Origin: Marsupella aquatica | Taxonomy: Eukaryota; Plantae; Marchantiophyta | Direction of reading: 5' to 3' | DNA: 64,000 bases | NCBI GenBank assembly: GCA_973895155.1 | Contig: OZ316898.1 | Span: forward strand, 10,506,286 to 10,570,285 | Shown here: one piece after another, positions 12,115 to 23,827 of the stretch | How the letters are laid out: every line of letters starts with the position of its first letter | Numbering within the stretch: position 1 is the stretch's first letter | Notes under the pieces: generated by a model | Database searches by the model: none | What the model saw: only the letters and a program-made list of their open reading frames with translations | What the model was told of the DNA's origin: nothing | Made by a program: the position numbers and the translations under genes

Positions 12115-15100
12115 CTTCCACTTGCTGGTCTTCTTGGATTCTAAAATTGAAGTATACCATAATGCTAACAACCAAGTCTCACCAGTTCCTGGATTCTCCA
12201 TATCCAGGATATCATTTTGCTTTTAAAACTTGCTTCGCACCTTTCTCTTGATCATTTGAACCCTGCCAATTTCAAAATAAGCTTCACCTTGGGATTTTTT
12301 GTCACGACATCACTTGGACCTCCACCATGTCGACTTTGTACTGAAGCTATGACACTATTAGTTCCATGTCCATCTTCCCTTTCAAATAGTACAGCGATAT
12401 CATGTCCAGGGACAATGGTCTTCACATTTGGATCTGTACGCAATCTATTCAATTCCTCCTCACTATAATATTGGTTTCCCGCTGCCTTTACTCTTTGAAG
12501 TCGGTCTTTTGACAAGAAGACATTGTCATTGAGTTGAGATACGAGCCTAGCCTTCCATATGTACTCACCAGGCCTTCCTGGCAAGGGAACTTGGGGGTTG
12601 ATTCTATTTCCTAAAACTGTAGAAAATGAAGGTGGGACCATAGTATCTTGCATCTCATGCATGATATGTCGAACCTCCAAAATATTTTGACGCTCTTCAA
12701 CTACAACATTAGTTGCTATTGAGTTTAGTAAATCACTCAGAACTCTCCAGATCCAACTCAATATCATCTTCCTCTATCATGGAGGCCTTAGAAATATCTC
12801 CATTGCTATGCACCACCATATCATCATTATCCCCGATTTCAAGAATTGAAACTGCTAACTCACTCAAGTTCTTTTGGAGAACTTCTTCAAAATCCCATGG
12901 TTGCTTAAACCAACGAGCCTTTGAAGCATGGCAATGAGTCGATGGAGCCATGTCCAGCACCCGTAATAGTTTTTGTGCCTCATTCAAACCCTCCTTAAGT
13001 GCATCTATCACGTGGACCTTATCATCTGGAATCTCAGAAAAATCAGCAAGATTTGGAGCAGGTATTGTTTGCACTCCATGTTTATCCATTGGCACCGGAT
13101 GAAGGTCCTCCCACACAGTTCTCATCTTTGCATGCGTTCTTGGAAAGACAACACCACCCTTCATGGATTCAATTTCAGCTAGTCGATTCAAAGAACCGGC
13201 TGCTCGCATTAGATCCCCAAAATCATATGCTCGCTCCACACCAGACATCCCGCCAACTTTTGAAAAGAAGATCTCACATACATCGCTACCTGTTCGTGAG
13301 AAAGGTATTGGCATTGACAAGTACTTGTCCCTGAAGAGCTTCACCAACAACACCGCAAAGTGACATGACATAACAACATCAATAAAACATTGGTTGCTAA
13401 TGAAGTCAACTGATAGAGTTGGAGTACTGGTCCCATGCTCTCCATGTTCAATATGAAGTTTCCATAGCTTCAGAAACCACATCACCTTAGATGCCTTCAC
13501 TATCCTGTCTCGAATGGAGTCAATAGGAGAGGCAAAAATATCTACGTAATCAGCTACAATCTCTAGATACAACTCTGTACCTTGGGTCCTTTCTGGATGG
13601 CTCTCATTCTTCATTTGAGCAAGGCCGCTGAAACCTTTTTGCTACACAACTTTTGGGCACTTTCAAAGTTTTGGCGATCTCTTCTCTCAACGTCTCCTTG
13701 ATTCAAACCAGTAGAATCAATCTTTTTGTTGTTGAATAGTTTTTGAATGTGCTCCATCCGCACCAAATAAGAACCCAACCACAATACACGACAAGTGCTG
13801 TCTAATGGTGAAATCAATTTTTTCACGTTGTGAATCCAATCTTGGTCATGTAATCCATTGACCATACCTGTTGAATCTTCCATGATGGCTCCAAGCTTAA
13901 AACCTTCCCAATCAATGCGAAATTCTCTTGAAGGATTTGGGTCCCTTCTGTAGTAATCCGCCAATTGTTCAGATCGCCATCTACTATCTCCATCTGAAGC
14001 ATGTCCAATTATAGGACCAACTAAATCTAAACAATTTTCACTCCACAATTTCTCTACTCTACTCCACTGTGCACGAATATCTTGTGCTATAAGTGTATTA
14101 CAACTTCCCATTGCAACTAATAGGAATGGCGGAAGTGACATATGCATGGGATTGGCCATCAAAACACGGGCGTAGTTTGCTTTCACTCCATTTTTAAATG
14201 AATCATTTATTTTGTTATATCCAGTCTCACCAGAACCGACCAGTACTTTAAAATCATGAATACATTTATGACATTATGATGTGCCACAAAATCCCATTAA
14301 AGTGTCATTGGTGCTGACCCACCTACATAAAGTACCACAATGTTTCAATCAATGATTTATAATCTTGCAATACAATTGGAAAATGGAGGAAAGTGTCATG
14401 CCGATGTAAATATTAAGCTGTAATGTCATGATTGCTTACCTTATCATTTTCCGAATTGATGTCTCATCTTCTGCAATAATAACGGGAACTGGTCCATGGA
14501 TCCCCAACTTCAGTTTTAGTTGTGCATACGTCTCAGCAAGATGTTTAAATTGATTACTACTCTCGCCAACTACATACTGGAACCCCCTCTTACTATCACG
14601 TTTGGTTGTGGAAATACTTGGGCCAGCAAGGTTATGAGTCAGGAAATTGGAAATGGCTGGCCCAGCCCTTAACTTCACCACCTCCCACATAATTTTGGTA
14701 TTTTCTGAAAAACGTATGCCTTGCTTTTTTCGAGGTAGATTTTGTGCAACATCAGACATAAAGTCCCACAAAGCCTCCTTCCCTCCCCATAAGCCATCCC
14801 TCCATGAATTGATAATGCGTCGACAAAACAATGTCACATCCGCCCGATTTGCTGATTCTGTTTGTATCCCTACAAAACTCTTTTTCTCTGCCTTGCACCT
14901 CATCAATTTTACTTTCAGCATCCAATTCTCTTTTCTAAGATTTCTATAAACTCTATTTTTTTCTTTCACTACAATTGATAACTCCACTGTTGTCAAGAAC
15001 TCCAACCGCCTACCTAGCCCTGTGTCTCGGCCACCATGTTTCTCATGAGCCACATGGTTTCTCAAAACTTGGCCGCGCCAATCTTTTTCCTGAGGTATGG

Positions 15101-16605
15101 TTTGACACACATCACAACAGAAGTCTGAGAAGCTGAATCCACTTGTGTTCACACGCTTGCAATTGACATGTCTAAAACAACCATCAACCATCTTTGTGCT
15201 TGATTCAAAATGAAGCACTGCTTGAGTATGTGGTTATGAATACCATGTAACCCCTTTCTTCTGGTCTAGCAAAATGGGTTTAGAGTCACATCCTTCATTC
15301 TTTATAATGACACTATGGCGCCAAATATCCCAACACAACATTGATGCATCGATAGTACCTGTGCTTGAGCTCCCACCACTTGGTCTACTGGAATCCGTCA
15401 TAAAAAAGGCTTTGGTTCTTGGTTGCTTTTGGCCTATTGCTTTTGATTGCCAACCAGGGCGCCCTAGAGCTTTGGAGTTGAGTGAAGTCTTGGCAATTTC
15501 GGCATCATGAATTTCTTTCTTTCTTTTGACATGACGAATCCCCTTCATATGCTGGTCCAATGTGGAAGCAAGATTATTTGTCTTTGGACAAAGCAAGCAT
15601 GTTGAATGACAAATGTTGCACCTCCACTTATAGTCTCGCCCAGACACCTTCTCATTCTCCAAATCACCATCAATGACAAAAACCTCAACCCCTTCCTCAA
15701 GATTTGCATCTTGTATCAACTTCATATTATCCAACAAAAATTTTCTTGAATGGGCAATTGCCAAAGCCACAACATCAGCTCTCTCTTCTACCTCTTGGGC
15801 ACTCTTCTTTTGTCTGCATTTGCGATCATACTCGGCCCGATGTAACTTGGTTGCAATATGTTGCTTCCAAAAATTTGATGTAGTGTTAGAGTACTGATCA
15901 ACCTTCCCTATGTCAATCCATTTTTCACATTCTTGGCACCATATCTTTGCAATTGCATGGTCTTCCTCATCCCATGTTTCAACCCACCAGAGATGGTCAC
16001 CCTTTCCATCTATCTCAAGCTTGTCAACAATCCCACGAGTTGCCCTCTCCCAATTGGCTTTTTGATCATCCATCATGATCTTACTTCTCATCCTTGGAGG
16101 ACCTCCCAACTCTGGAGGAATAGTGCGATCGAGAGTAGTTGGGACCTTAACTATCACTGGATTTGTTATAGGAGTAGAGGCATTGTCATCTCCAAAAGTA
16201 TCTTCAATCCCGTAATCTTGTAAATCATCATCCATCTGCATTGGTACCTCTAAGAACAAGTCTTCCATTGAAGGTCCACTAGAATTTGGTTGAGATTCTA
16301 GTCGAGCTCTCTTTGGGGAGTTCTCTGTATGTTGAAGTGCAAAAATGATGATCTCTGAACCAGATAGTATGTTTGCTTTCTCCCACTTTCGATTGAAAGG
16401 TCTCTTCAATTTCTCATTCCAAAAATCAAACTCAAAATCTAAAAGGTTCATGCCTTCAAGATATGATTGGATGCTACTCAATTGCCCAACTGTAGGACCA
16501 TCCTTCAAAGATATAGGAGAGATGAACTCTTTCTCTTCTCCACGACAATCAACTTGAAAGAGTTGCCAATCAACAAACTCCATCCTTAATTGTTTGTAAG
16601 TGTCC
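12115..16605 (-). pseudogene. Zinc-finger region and P-element-superfamily-like transposase core
   Basis: Motifs in P-transposase order: RFSENTK...GPAISNFL...GPSISTTKR (HTH-like), IIAEDETSI (D at 14466-68), DTLMGFCG, ANYARVLM, ASDGDSR (D at 13992-94), DQDWIHNVKKL (DxxH), DRQNFESAQKLCSKKVSAAL, TQGTELYL...YVDIF, RTGSDVCEIFFSKVGG (E at 13273-75). Upstream C2H2-type fingers: CQEC...HIATKLH and CNIC...HMKGIRH. Confidence 0.75.
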
Positions 16606-16822
16606 CTGCAACTGTAGTCAAATACAACTTAGAGTCATACTCAATAGTCTTTGTACACCCTTATCATCATTCTAGCTATAATAGATGTCCACAAGGTCTA
16701 AGTAGTACAATTTTCATTTAATATTCACTTGATACATTTCAAATCCCCAAATTTAGTATTCATCCAATCATCCATAAATAATAGCTCATAAGAAAATGAT
16801 TCATGCACAAATATGAAAAAGT

Positions 16823-17013
16823 TGTTGTAATATATGGATAATCCTTAAAGGAGACCTTAAAGGATATGATTAGAGAATCCAAAGGGTATGCTTAGGAATA
16901 ACTACCCTAACCATATTGTATAGAAAAGACTCCTCCATTTTGAGTCATCTTCTACTTATTTGATTGATCAAAGAAGGATGATCATAATTTCATAGTATTT
17001 TTGAGTTATAACA
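16823..17013 (+). repeat. 5' LTR of the copia element
   Basis: TGTTGTAATA...GTTATAACA; 189/191 identical to the 3' LTR. Confidence 0.95.
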
Positions 17014-17025
17014 CGTTATCAGCAC
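17014..17025 (+). promoter_or_regulatory. Primer-binding site (Bianca-type CGTTATCAGCAC)
   Basis: Lies immediately 3' of the 5' LTR; motif recalled as typical of Bianca/Sto-4-like copia elements. Confidence 0.65.
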
Positions 17026-17166
17026 CTTCGCCTCCATTCCTGAGCAAATGCAAACTCCCTTCTCGATAGTGGGAGTATATTTTTTTTCATGGGGATTTTG
17101 ATTTCAACACAATCCCTAATATCAGAGAGACACGGAGACAGCAGTTGACATTTTTTTGCCAAATTC

Positions 17167-20100
17167 TTGACTAAAACACGCAAGGATCAACGACAACGCC
17201 GCAATACAGCCACAAAGCTCGAAGAAAGATACAGAGCATCCAGTACTTCCAAGTATTCCATAAAATTTACTGCCATGGAAAAATTACAATTCCCTATCCT
17301 CAAAATCGACGGGTCTAACTACCTCTCTTGGTCACAGAATGCCGAAATTGTGCTAAATGCTAAGGGAATTGGAGACACAATTCTCGCTGATCACCATGGC
17401 AATCTACAGACAAAAGCTCAAGCAATATTTATCCTCCGGCACCATTTGGACTCCGATCTACAAACTCAGTACCTGGACGAATATAACCCTCGAGCTCTAT
17501 GGGATGCATTAAACAGACGCTATGACCATTTAAGATTGATCTCTCTCCCATCCGCACGCAATGATTGGATACATTTACGTGTACTTGACCATCCAACTAT
17601 TGCTAGTTATAATAGTGCGTTATTCCGCATCACCTCTCAATTGAAGGTATGCAGACACCCAATATCTGAATCCGATCAAATAGAGAAAACGTTGTCTACT
17701 TTCCCTGCAGCAAGCATGATACTATCTCAGCAATACAGACAAATGCACTTCACCGAGTATGCTGATCTAATCGCAGTCATGCTACTGGCGGAAAAGAATG
17801 ATTTATTACTCATCAGCAACACAAAGTTGAGACCACCAGGCACAATCCCTAGAGCAGAGTCTCAATACATGGCTACGCCTTTGCAGGCGCAACACAAATA
17901 CAAGGGCAAGAGCCGGTTTACTGAAAACCAGGGTAATCGACTACAAAGATTCAGAAACACCCAATTTACAAAACGACGCCAAAATAATTATACGAGGCCT
18001 TCATACCAACCTCGTAAGAATTCGTGGACTCAAGCCTCCCGGACTTCCACTACTAAATGTTTTCGATGTGGAGGCACAGGCCACATTGAAAGAGACTGTC
18101 GGGTACAAAACCATCTGGTCAAATTATACCAAGCAAGCCTAGCAACAACAAATACCACGATGGTCAATAACTACTTGGAAATTGATGAAGATCTTTCCAA
18201 ATATACGAATATCACACCATTAACAGAGGCCAACCTGGTCATAGATACACACTCTGAACCTTCTCTCACAGACTATAATATGTGCATACTGGATAGCGGC
18301 ACATCTCATACCATATTGAAGGACAAATGATATTTCCAACAGATATTTCCCTCCACCCGCCCAATCACCACTATCACAGGCATCAATGCATTAGAAGAAG
18401 GCCACGGCCCTGCAAAGTTACTCCTCCCTAACAACACTATAATCGAAATAAAATCCGCTATTTATGCCCCAGGGGCCACAAGAAACCTATTAAGTTTTCA
18501 TGATATCAGGAAAAATGGCTACCATATTCGATCTGCACCAGGCAATGAAGATAACTCCTTACAGATCTTCACAGAAGATGGAAATAATTCCCGCATCCAC
18601 GAGATTCTACCTTATCACCCACCTGGACTATATGTTGCACCAATACAGAGTTTCCAAACAAATATTCTAAACACAACAATCACAGAGTTGTGGCATTGTC
18701 GCCTGGGCCACCCAGGCACCTCAATGTATCAACGCATCCTACAGGATACCAGAGGTATTCCTCCAACAGTCCGCCCAAATTCCATGAAATCGCCCTGCCT
18801 CGCATGTGCACAAGGCAAACTACAAATCAGACCGTCAGTACCCAAGACTGTGAATCAAATCCCGGCTTTTCTGGAACAACTAAATGTGGACGTATATGGA
18901 CCTATCGAACCACCAAGTGGTCCCTTCCACTTTTTCCTAGTCATGATTTGTTCCTCAACCAAATGGTCCCAAGTATCCTTGATATCTACCCGCAATCTGG
19001 TGATTGCCCGCCTTCTTACACAAATATTTAGACTACGGACACAATTCCCTAATTCGCCTATCAAAAGGATTCGAATTGATAATACAGGCGAATTCACATC
19101 ACCCATTTTTAATGACCTATGCACTACACTTGGAATAACAGTACAATATTCAGTGGCTTATGTTCACTTCCAAAACAGAACGGCAGAGTCCTTCATCAAA
19201 AATATCCAGATGATATCATGCCCATTATTAATGAATACCCAGCTCCCGCTAACTACCTGGGGACATGCTGTCCTACACAGTGCTGCTCTATTAAAATACA
19301 GGCCATCCGTCTTCAACAAATATACACCACATCATTTGGCTTACGGTAACATTCCTGACGTATCACACCTCAAAATCTTTGGCTGCTTAGTCATGGTACC
19401 CATATTGGGACCCAAGAGGACCAAGATGGGACCTCAAAGACACACAAAGGTATATACATTGGTTTTGACTCTCCTTCTATAATTAGATATCTAGAACCAA
19501 CAACTGCAGACACCTTTAGAGCTCGCTACAATGATTGTCAATTCCGAGAAGATATATTTCCTACCCTTAGCACAGTGAACCTCCCAGTTACGCCTAAGCC
19601 AACTCAACTACAATGGCAAACACAAAATCCCTTCTGGAATGATCCAAGAACACCATTAGCAAACGATGAGGTCAAAAGGATACTACACCTTCACCAAATT
19701 ATGGAAAAATTGCCAGATGCGTTCAATGACGCGGCACAGATGACGAAATCACATATTGAAGCAGCCAACGTCCCTGCACGTATAACCATTGATGAACAAT
19801 TAGCTAATCATGTACCACCCAAAACAAAGAGAGGACGTCCTCCTGGTTCTAAGAACAAACCAGCAAGCAATAAACGTCCTCCTACCACACTACTTACCAT
19901 GACATCAAACGTACCACAGTAGAATGAATATGAAGAAATCTCCCTCAACTATACAGTCACTGGAAATATATGGAATCGACAGGATACAAAAACGAATGAC
20001 TGTTTTGCACTGATGATATCATAGACCATCTCTTCAGAGTTAGCCGATCCTTGCATAGTTCGTGAAGCTCAACAACGCGAGGACTGGCCCTTATGGAATA

Positions 20101-21869
20101 AAGCAATAAATTCAGAGCTCGATTCCTTGATTTCTCGCCAAGTATTTGGTCAAATTAGTCACCCAACATCTGCTCAACATCTAACAGGATATAGAATTAT
20201 CCTGGTCACAAAAAGGAATGCTCAAGGAGAAATCATCCGACATAAGGCACGTTTAGTTGCCAAGGGATATACACAGATATGGGGACAGGACTATGATCTA
20301 ACATATTCTCCAGTCATGGACACCATTACCTATCGTTACTTAATTGCTTTCTCTTTGGTTCACAGACTAACTTTACATCTCTTGGATGTCGTGACAGCAT
20401 ATCTTTATGGCACCTTAGACACAGATATATACATGCAGACTCCACCTGAACTCATTCAGAGAGTTCATTTCCATATTCAGGGGGAGAGAACTTTGCCATT
20501 ATCTCCCGATCTAAAAGCGGGCATTACACAGATAGTGCCCACAGCTCTGCAATTAACATTGATGAATCAAGCATTAGAACTTGAATCAGATCGAACTGGC
20601 CATATAAGCACAACAACCCAAGCTGTTTCTATGAAACAAATAGAGCTACATGCTATATCAGTGCACAGACAGATCAGCAGAAAGAAACCTCAAAGTAAAC
20701 TTGTTGTACAAGTCCTCCGCTCAATATACGGCCTTAAACAGAGCGGACGGATATGGTACCAACGCTTTAAAGCGGAAATGCTAGCACTTGGGTTTGTTAA
20801 CAATGAAATAGCTCCTTGCTTATTTATTAAGCATATCGAACAAGAATTTGTCATCCTGGCGATTTACGTTGATGACATCAGTATATTCGAAACTCCAAAG
20901 ATTACTTCGAATACGATCTCATCTCTCAAGAATATATTTCAGATGAAAGATATCGGTGAACCTTCTTACTGTCTGGGTATACAGATAGAAATTTTACCTG
21001 GTGGGATCTTCATTCATCAATCTACATACGCTCGCAAAGTGTTAAAACAATTTAACATGGATAAATCTTACCCAGTGACCACACTGATGGACCTTCGCTC
21101 TATTGATCCTACAAAAGACATCTTTCATAAGAAAACGGATTCAGAAGTAACGCTCGGACCAGAGAAACCATACCTCTCTGCAATTGGGGCCCTCATGTAT
21201 CTTGCTAATGAGACGCGACCAGATATAGCTTTCGCAGTCAGTATGCTCGCTCGACACAGCTCTCAGCCAACCATTCGCCATTGGAATGGCATAAAGCAAA
21301 TTTTCAGGTATTTACAAGGCACAATCAATATGGGACTATACTACTCTAACACAAGCGCTAATGAACTTGTTGGTTATGCTGATGCAGGCTACTTATCCGA
21401 CCCTGATGATTCCAAATCTCAAACCGGATACGTGTTTCTGCAAGGAGGGACGGCAATCTCCTGGAAGAGCACTAAGCAGACACTTACCACAACTTCTTCA
21501 AATCACGCTGAAGTCATTGCCCTATACGAAGCTTGTCGCAAATGCATCTGGCTTCGCCAATTACTTGACCACATTCATACATCAGCCGGATCCCCCCCAC
21601 TAACAGCACCAACAACAATTTACGAAGACAACCGACCCTGCGTGAATCAAATCAGCATGGGATTCATCAAGGGTGACCGCATTAAACACATCGCCCCGAA
21701 ATTCTTTTACACCGCCGAACAACATGGCGATCAAGTAAACGTCGTCTGGATCCCTTCGAACGAAAACCATGCCGACATATTCACAAAGCCGCTACCCCGA
21801 CACTTACATAACGCACATTGTGAAGGAATAGGTCTACGTCGACTTTCCACACTCAAAGATCCGCCCTAA
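17167..21869 (+). pseudogene. Copia gag-pol polyprotein, disrupted
   Basis: Gag GSNYLSW...IFILRHHL, zinc knuckle CFRCGGTGHIERDC, protease ILDSGTSHT, integrase WHCRLGHPG/RIRIDNTGEF, RT YGLKQSGRIW/YVDD, RNase H GYADAGY/ADIFTKPL. In-frame TGA at 18328, frameshift at ~19445, TAG at 19920 and ~20022. Confidence 0.93.
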
Positions 21870-22148
21870 ACATGAAGAAACCAACCAGTATTCCATTCGA
21901 GACATACACTTAGACATCCTATCGTATTAGGATTTCCATACATTAGGTCACAAATACACTTACAATTAACCTGATAACTTTTGATCTATACATGTAAGTG
22001 GTAACACTCTTTTCCCGAGAAGAAAGCAGCGGGTTTTTAATGAGGTTACACCTGATGATCAAATGCTACAAAGAGGTTAATATAGGATTCCCCTAATATT
22101 ACTCATTAAGATTGCAAACAATTATCAATTTTAGCAATCTAGGGGGAG

Positions 22149-22339
22149 TGTTGTAATATATGGATAATCCTTAAAGGAGACCTTAAAGGATATGATTAGA
22201 GAATCCAAAGGGTATGCTTAGGAATAACTACCCTAACCATATTGTATAGAAGAGACTCCTCCATTTTGAGTCATCTTCTACTTATTCGATTGATCAAAGA
22301 AGGATGATCATAATTTCATAGTATTTTTGAGTTATAACA
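22149..22339 (+). repeat. 3' LTR of the copia element
   Basis: Follows the PPT AGGGGGAG and is followed by the TSD AAAGT. Confidence 0.95.
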
Positions 22340-22347
22340 AAAGTTAC

Positions 22348-23446
22348 TTATATGTGTACTTTGTGTTTCAAGTCAAGGAGGTTCCTCTAAATTGAGTGTT
22401 GTCACTTCAATGCATCCTCAAAACTACAATTTAGTCCTCTATGTTGTCTGGACGGGGCCACAGATCCACATGATTACGGCGAGGGGTCTTGTACTTCTCT
22501 ACAATGGCATGAGTAGGACAATAGGCATATTTCCATGTGTGACCCCTATCCTGGACTGTGAAATGACCAACCTCTGGTAGACAAGTGAGATGCCATGCTT
22601 TGGGGCACCTTCTACACTGAACAAGATGTGTAAAGTCCTCTCCTGGGAGATTACAAGAAAACAAGCATGTCGATTACATTCAAAACTAGAAGGATTCCTC
22701 CGGATCCTGTCAACAAATCCAATCCGAGCCGCATGGTCCAATTTCTTCTCAAAAAAACGTAAGTGGAAGAATGCATAACAGTCTTCCCTAGCACATTGGA
22801 AGATGTTTTTCCTATGTCCATCATTCCGCTCACTGTATCCCATCTCCCCACATATCATGCACTGATGCTTGGAAAGCAAACAGTTGTTGCAATCGAATCC
22901 ATTCATATTCTTTATGACAGCATACCCACATGTCAAGGTCACACATTGGGAAACTTGGCCATCTGCCAAACAATGATGAATATGTCACTTGCATTTTCCC
23001 TCACAATACACCAAATCTCCTCCATCATCACATATGACACAAATAGGAGGCTCCAATACACAAACCTCAGCTGATGTAAATGCATCAATGATAGGGGCAT
23101 ACTTGCCAGTGCCTCTCAAAATCAGTTCTTCAGGATCATGTGTTGCCAAAGGTGTCACTGACTTAGAGAATGTTGTATGAGGGGTTTTAGGTATTTTAGG
23201 AGGTGGTACTCCTTCCAAAGGAGGTGATGGTGGGGAAGGTGGTTCCGTCGTCAAAGAATCTGGCACCATAGTGGGTTCTGTGAACAAAGGTTCTATTCTT
23301 ACAGGCTCACCTTCCTGAATAGTGCGACAATTTTTTTTAGGATGTGCTGAAAATGGTACATCTATGTCCACCCATATTGATGGGGATGATGGTCCTGCAT
23401 TATCCATGTCTACAACTGTTGAACCCAAAAAAATCCAAATTTATTC
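22348..23446 (-). pseudogene. Exon encoding a Pro-rich linker and an EDM2/NSD-type atypical PHD-finger array
   Basis: CVICDDGGDLVYCEGKC...CNNCLLSKHQCMICG...FQCAREDCYAFFH...FECNRHAC...CRRCPKAWHLTCLP...YCPTHAIVEKYKTPRRNHV follows the EDM2 PHD module order. Stop at 22985, frameshift at ~22660, stops at 22431/22407/22368. Confidence 0.85.
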
Positions 23447-23515
23447 CTGCAATCACATACAAACATGCATGTGCATTCCATTTCAAATCATAAATAACAA
23501 ATAAAATCCAATACA

Positions 23516-23670
23516 TACAATCCAAATCAATTTCAAACAAAATTCAAATATATCCAATACAATCCAGATCAATTCCAGACAAAATTCTAATAAATTCAAT
23601 ACAATCCAAATCAATTCCAAACAAAATTCTAATATATCCAATATAATCCAAATCAATTCCAAACAATTTC
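23516..23670. repeat. 42-bp minisatellite, ~3.7 copies
   Basis: Unit approximately AATACAATCCAAATCAATTCCAAACAAAATTCTAATATATCC. Confidence 0.85.
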
Positions 23671-23827
23671 CATGTTTCCAATTCAATTCAAAACAAATTA
23701 TAATCCATTCAATTCCAAATAGTTCAAAAATTGTGAGTCATTAATGGTATGCTTACACTATTTGATGTGTGCCCTATCATTATTTTAGAGTTTTTGTTCT
23801 AAAATAGGTGCACTCCCTCTAAATTCT

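Larger units (their letters stand above)
16823..22339 (+). mobile_element. Ty1/copia LTR retrotransposon, Bianca-like lineage, structurally complete but defective
   Basis: 191-bp TG...CA LTRs (16823-17013, 22149-22339) differing at 2 positions; 5-bp TSD AAAGT (16818-22, 22340-44); PBS-like CGTTATCAGCAC after the 5' LTR; PPT AGGGGGAG (22141-48); gag-PR-IN-RT-RH order. Confidence 0.96.
1955..23446 (-). pseudogene. Multi-exon pseudogene: EDM2-like PHD fingers - C2H2 zinc fingers - P-element-like DDE transposase - possible BAH-like C-terminus; interrupted by copia and CACTA insertions
   Basis: Reconstructed segments are 23446-22348, 16605-14440, 14322-12115 and 2101-1955. Both introns are GT-AG and phase-compatible (AA|G = Lys across the copia-containing intron; AG|G = Arg across 14439-14323). 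The frame continues across the CACTA insertion. Several TGA/TAA stops and frameshifts are present. Confidence 0.75.

Noticed and set aside
12115-16605. CACTA TnpD transposase belonging to the adjacent CACTA element
   Set aside because: It lies outside the CACTA TIRs, is interrupted by that element, and lacks En/Spm transposase motifs.
18328-18330. Programmed stop-codon readthrough in the copia polyprotein
   Set aside because: The stop falls inside the protease domain and other lesions are present; a CGA>TGA mutation is simpler.
22348-23446. A host EDM2 gene
   Set aside because: No EDM2 C-terminal methyltransferase-like domain is visible. The exon is disrupted and splices in phase to the transposase.
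23483-23686. 14-aa repeat protein or CRISPR-like array
   Set aside because: A head-to-tail 42-bp minisatellite without spacers; the ORF is a by-product.
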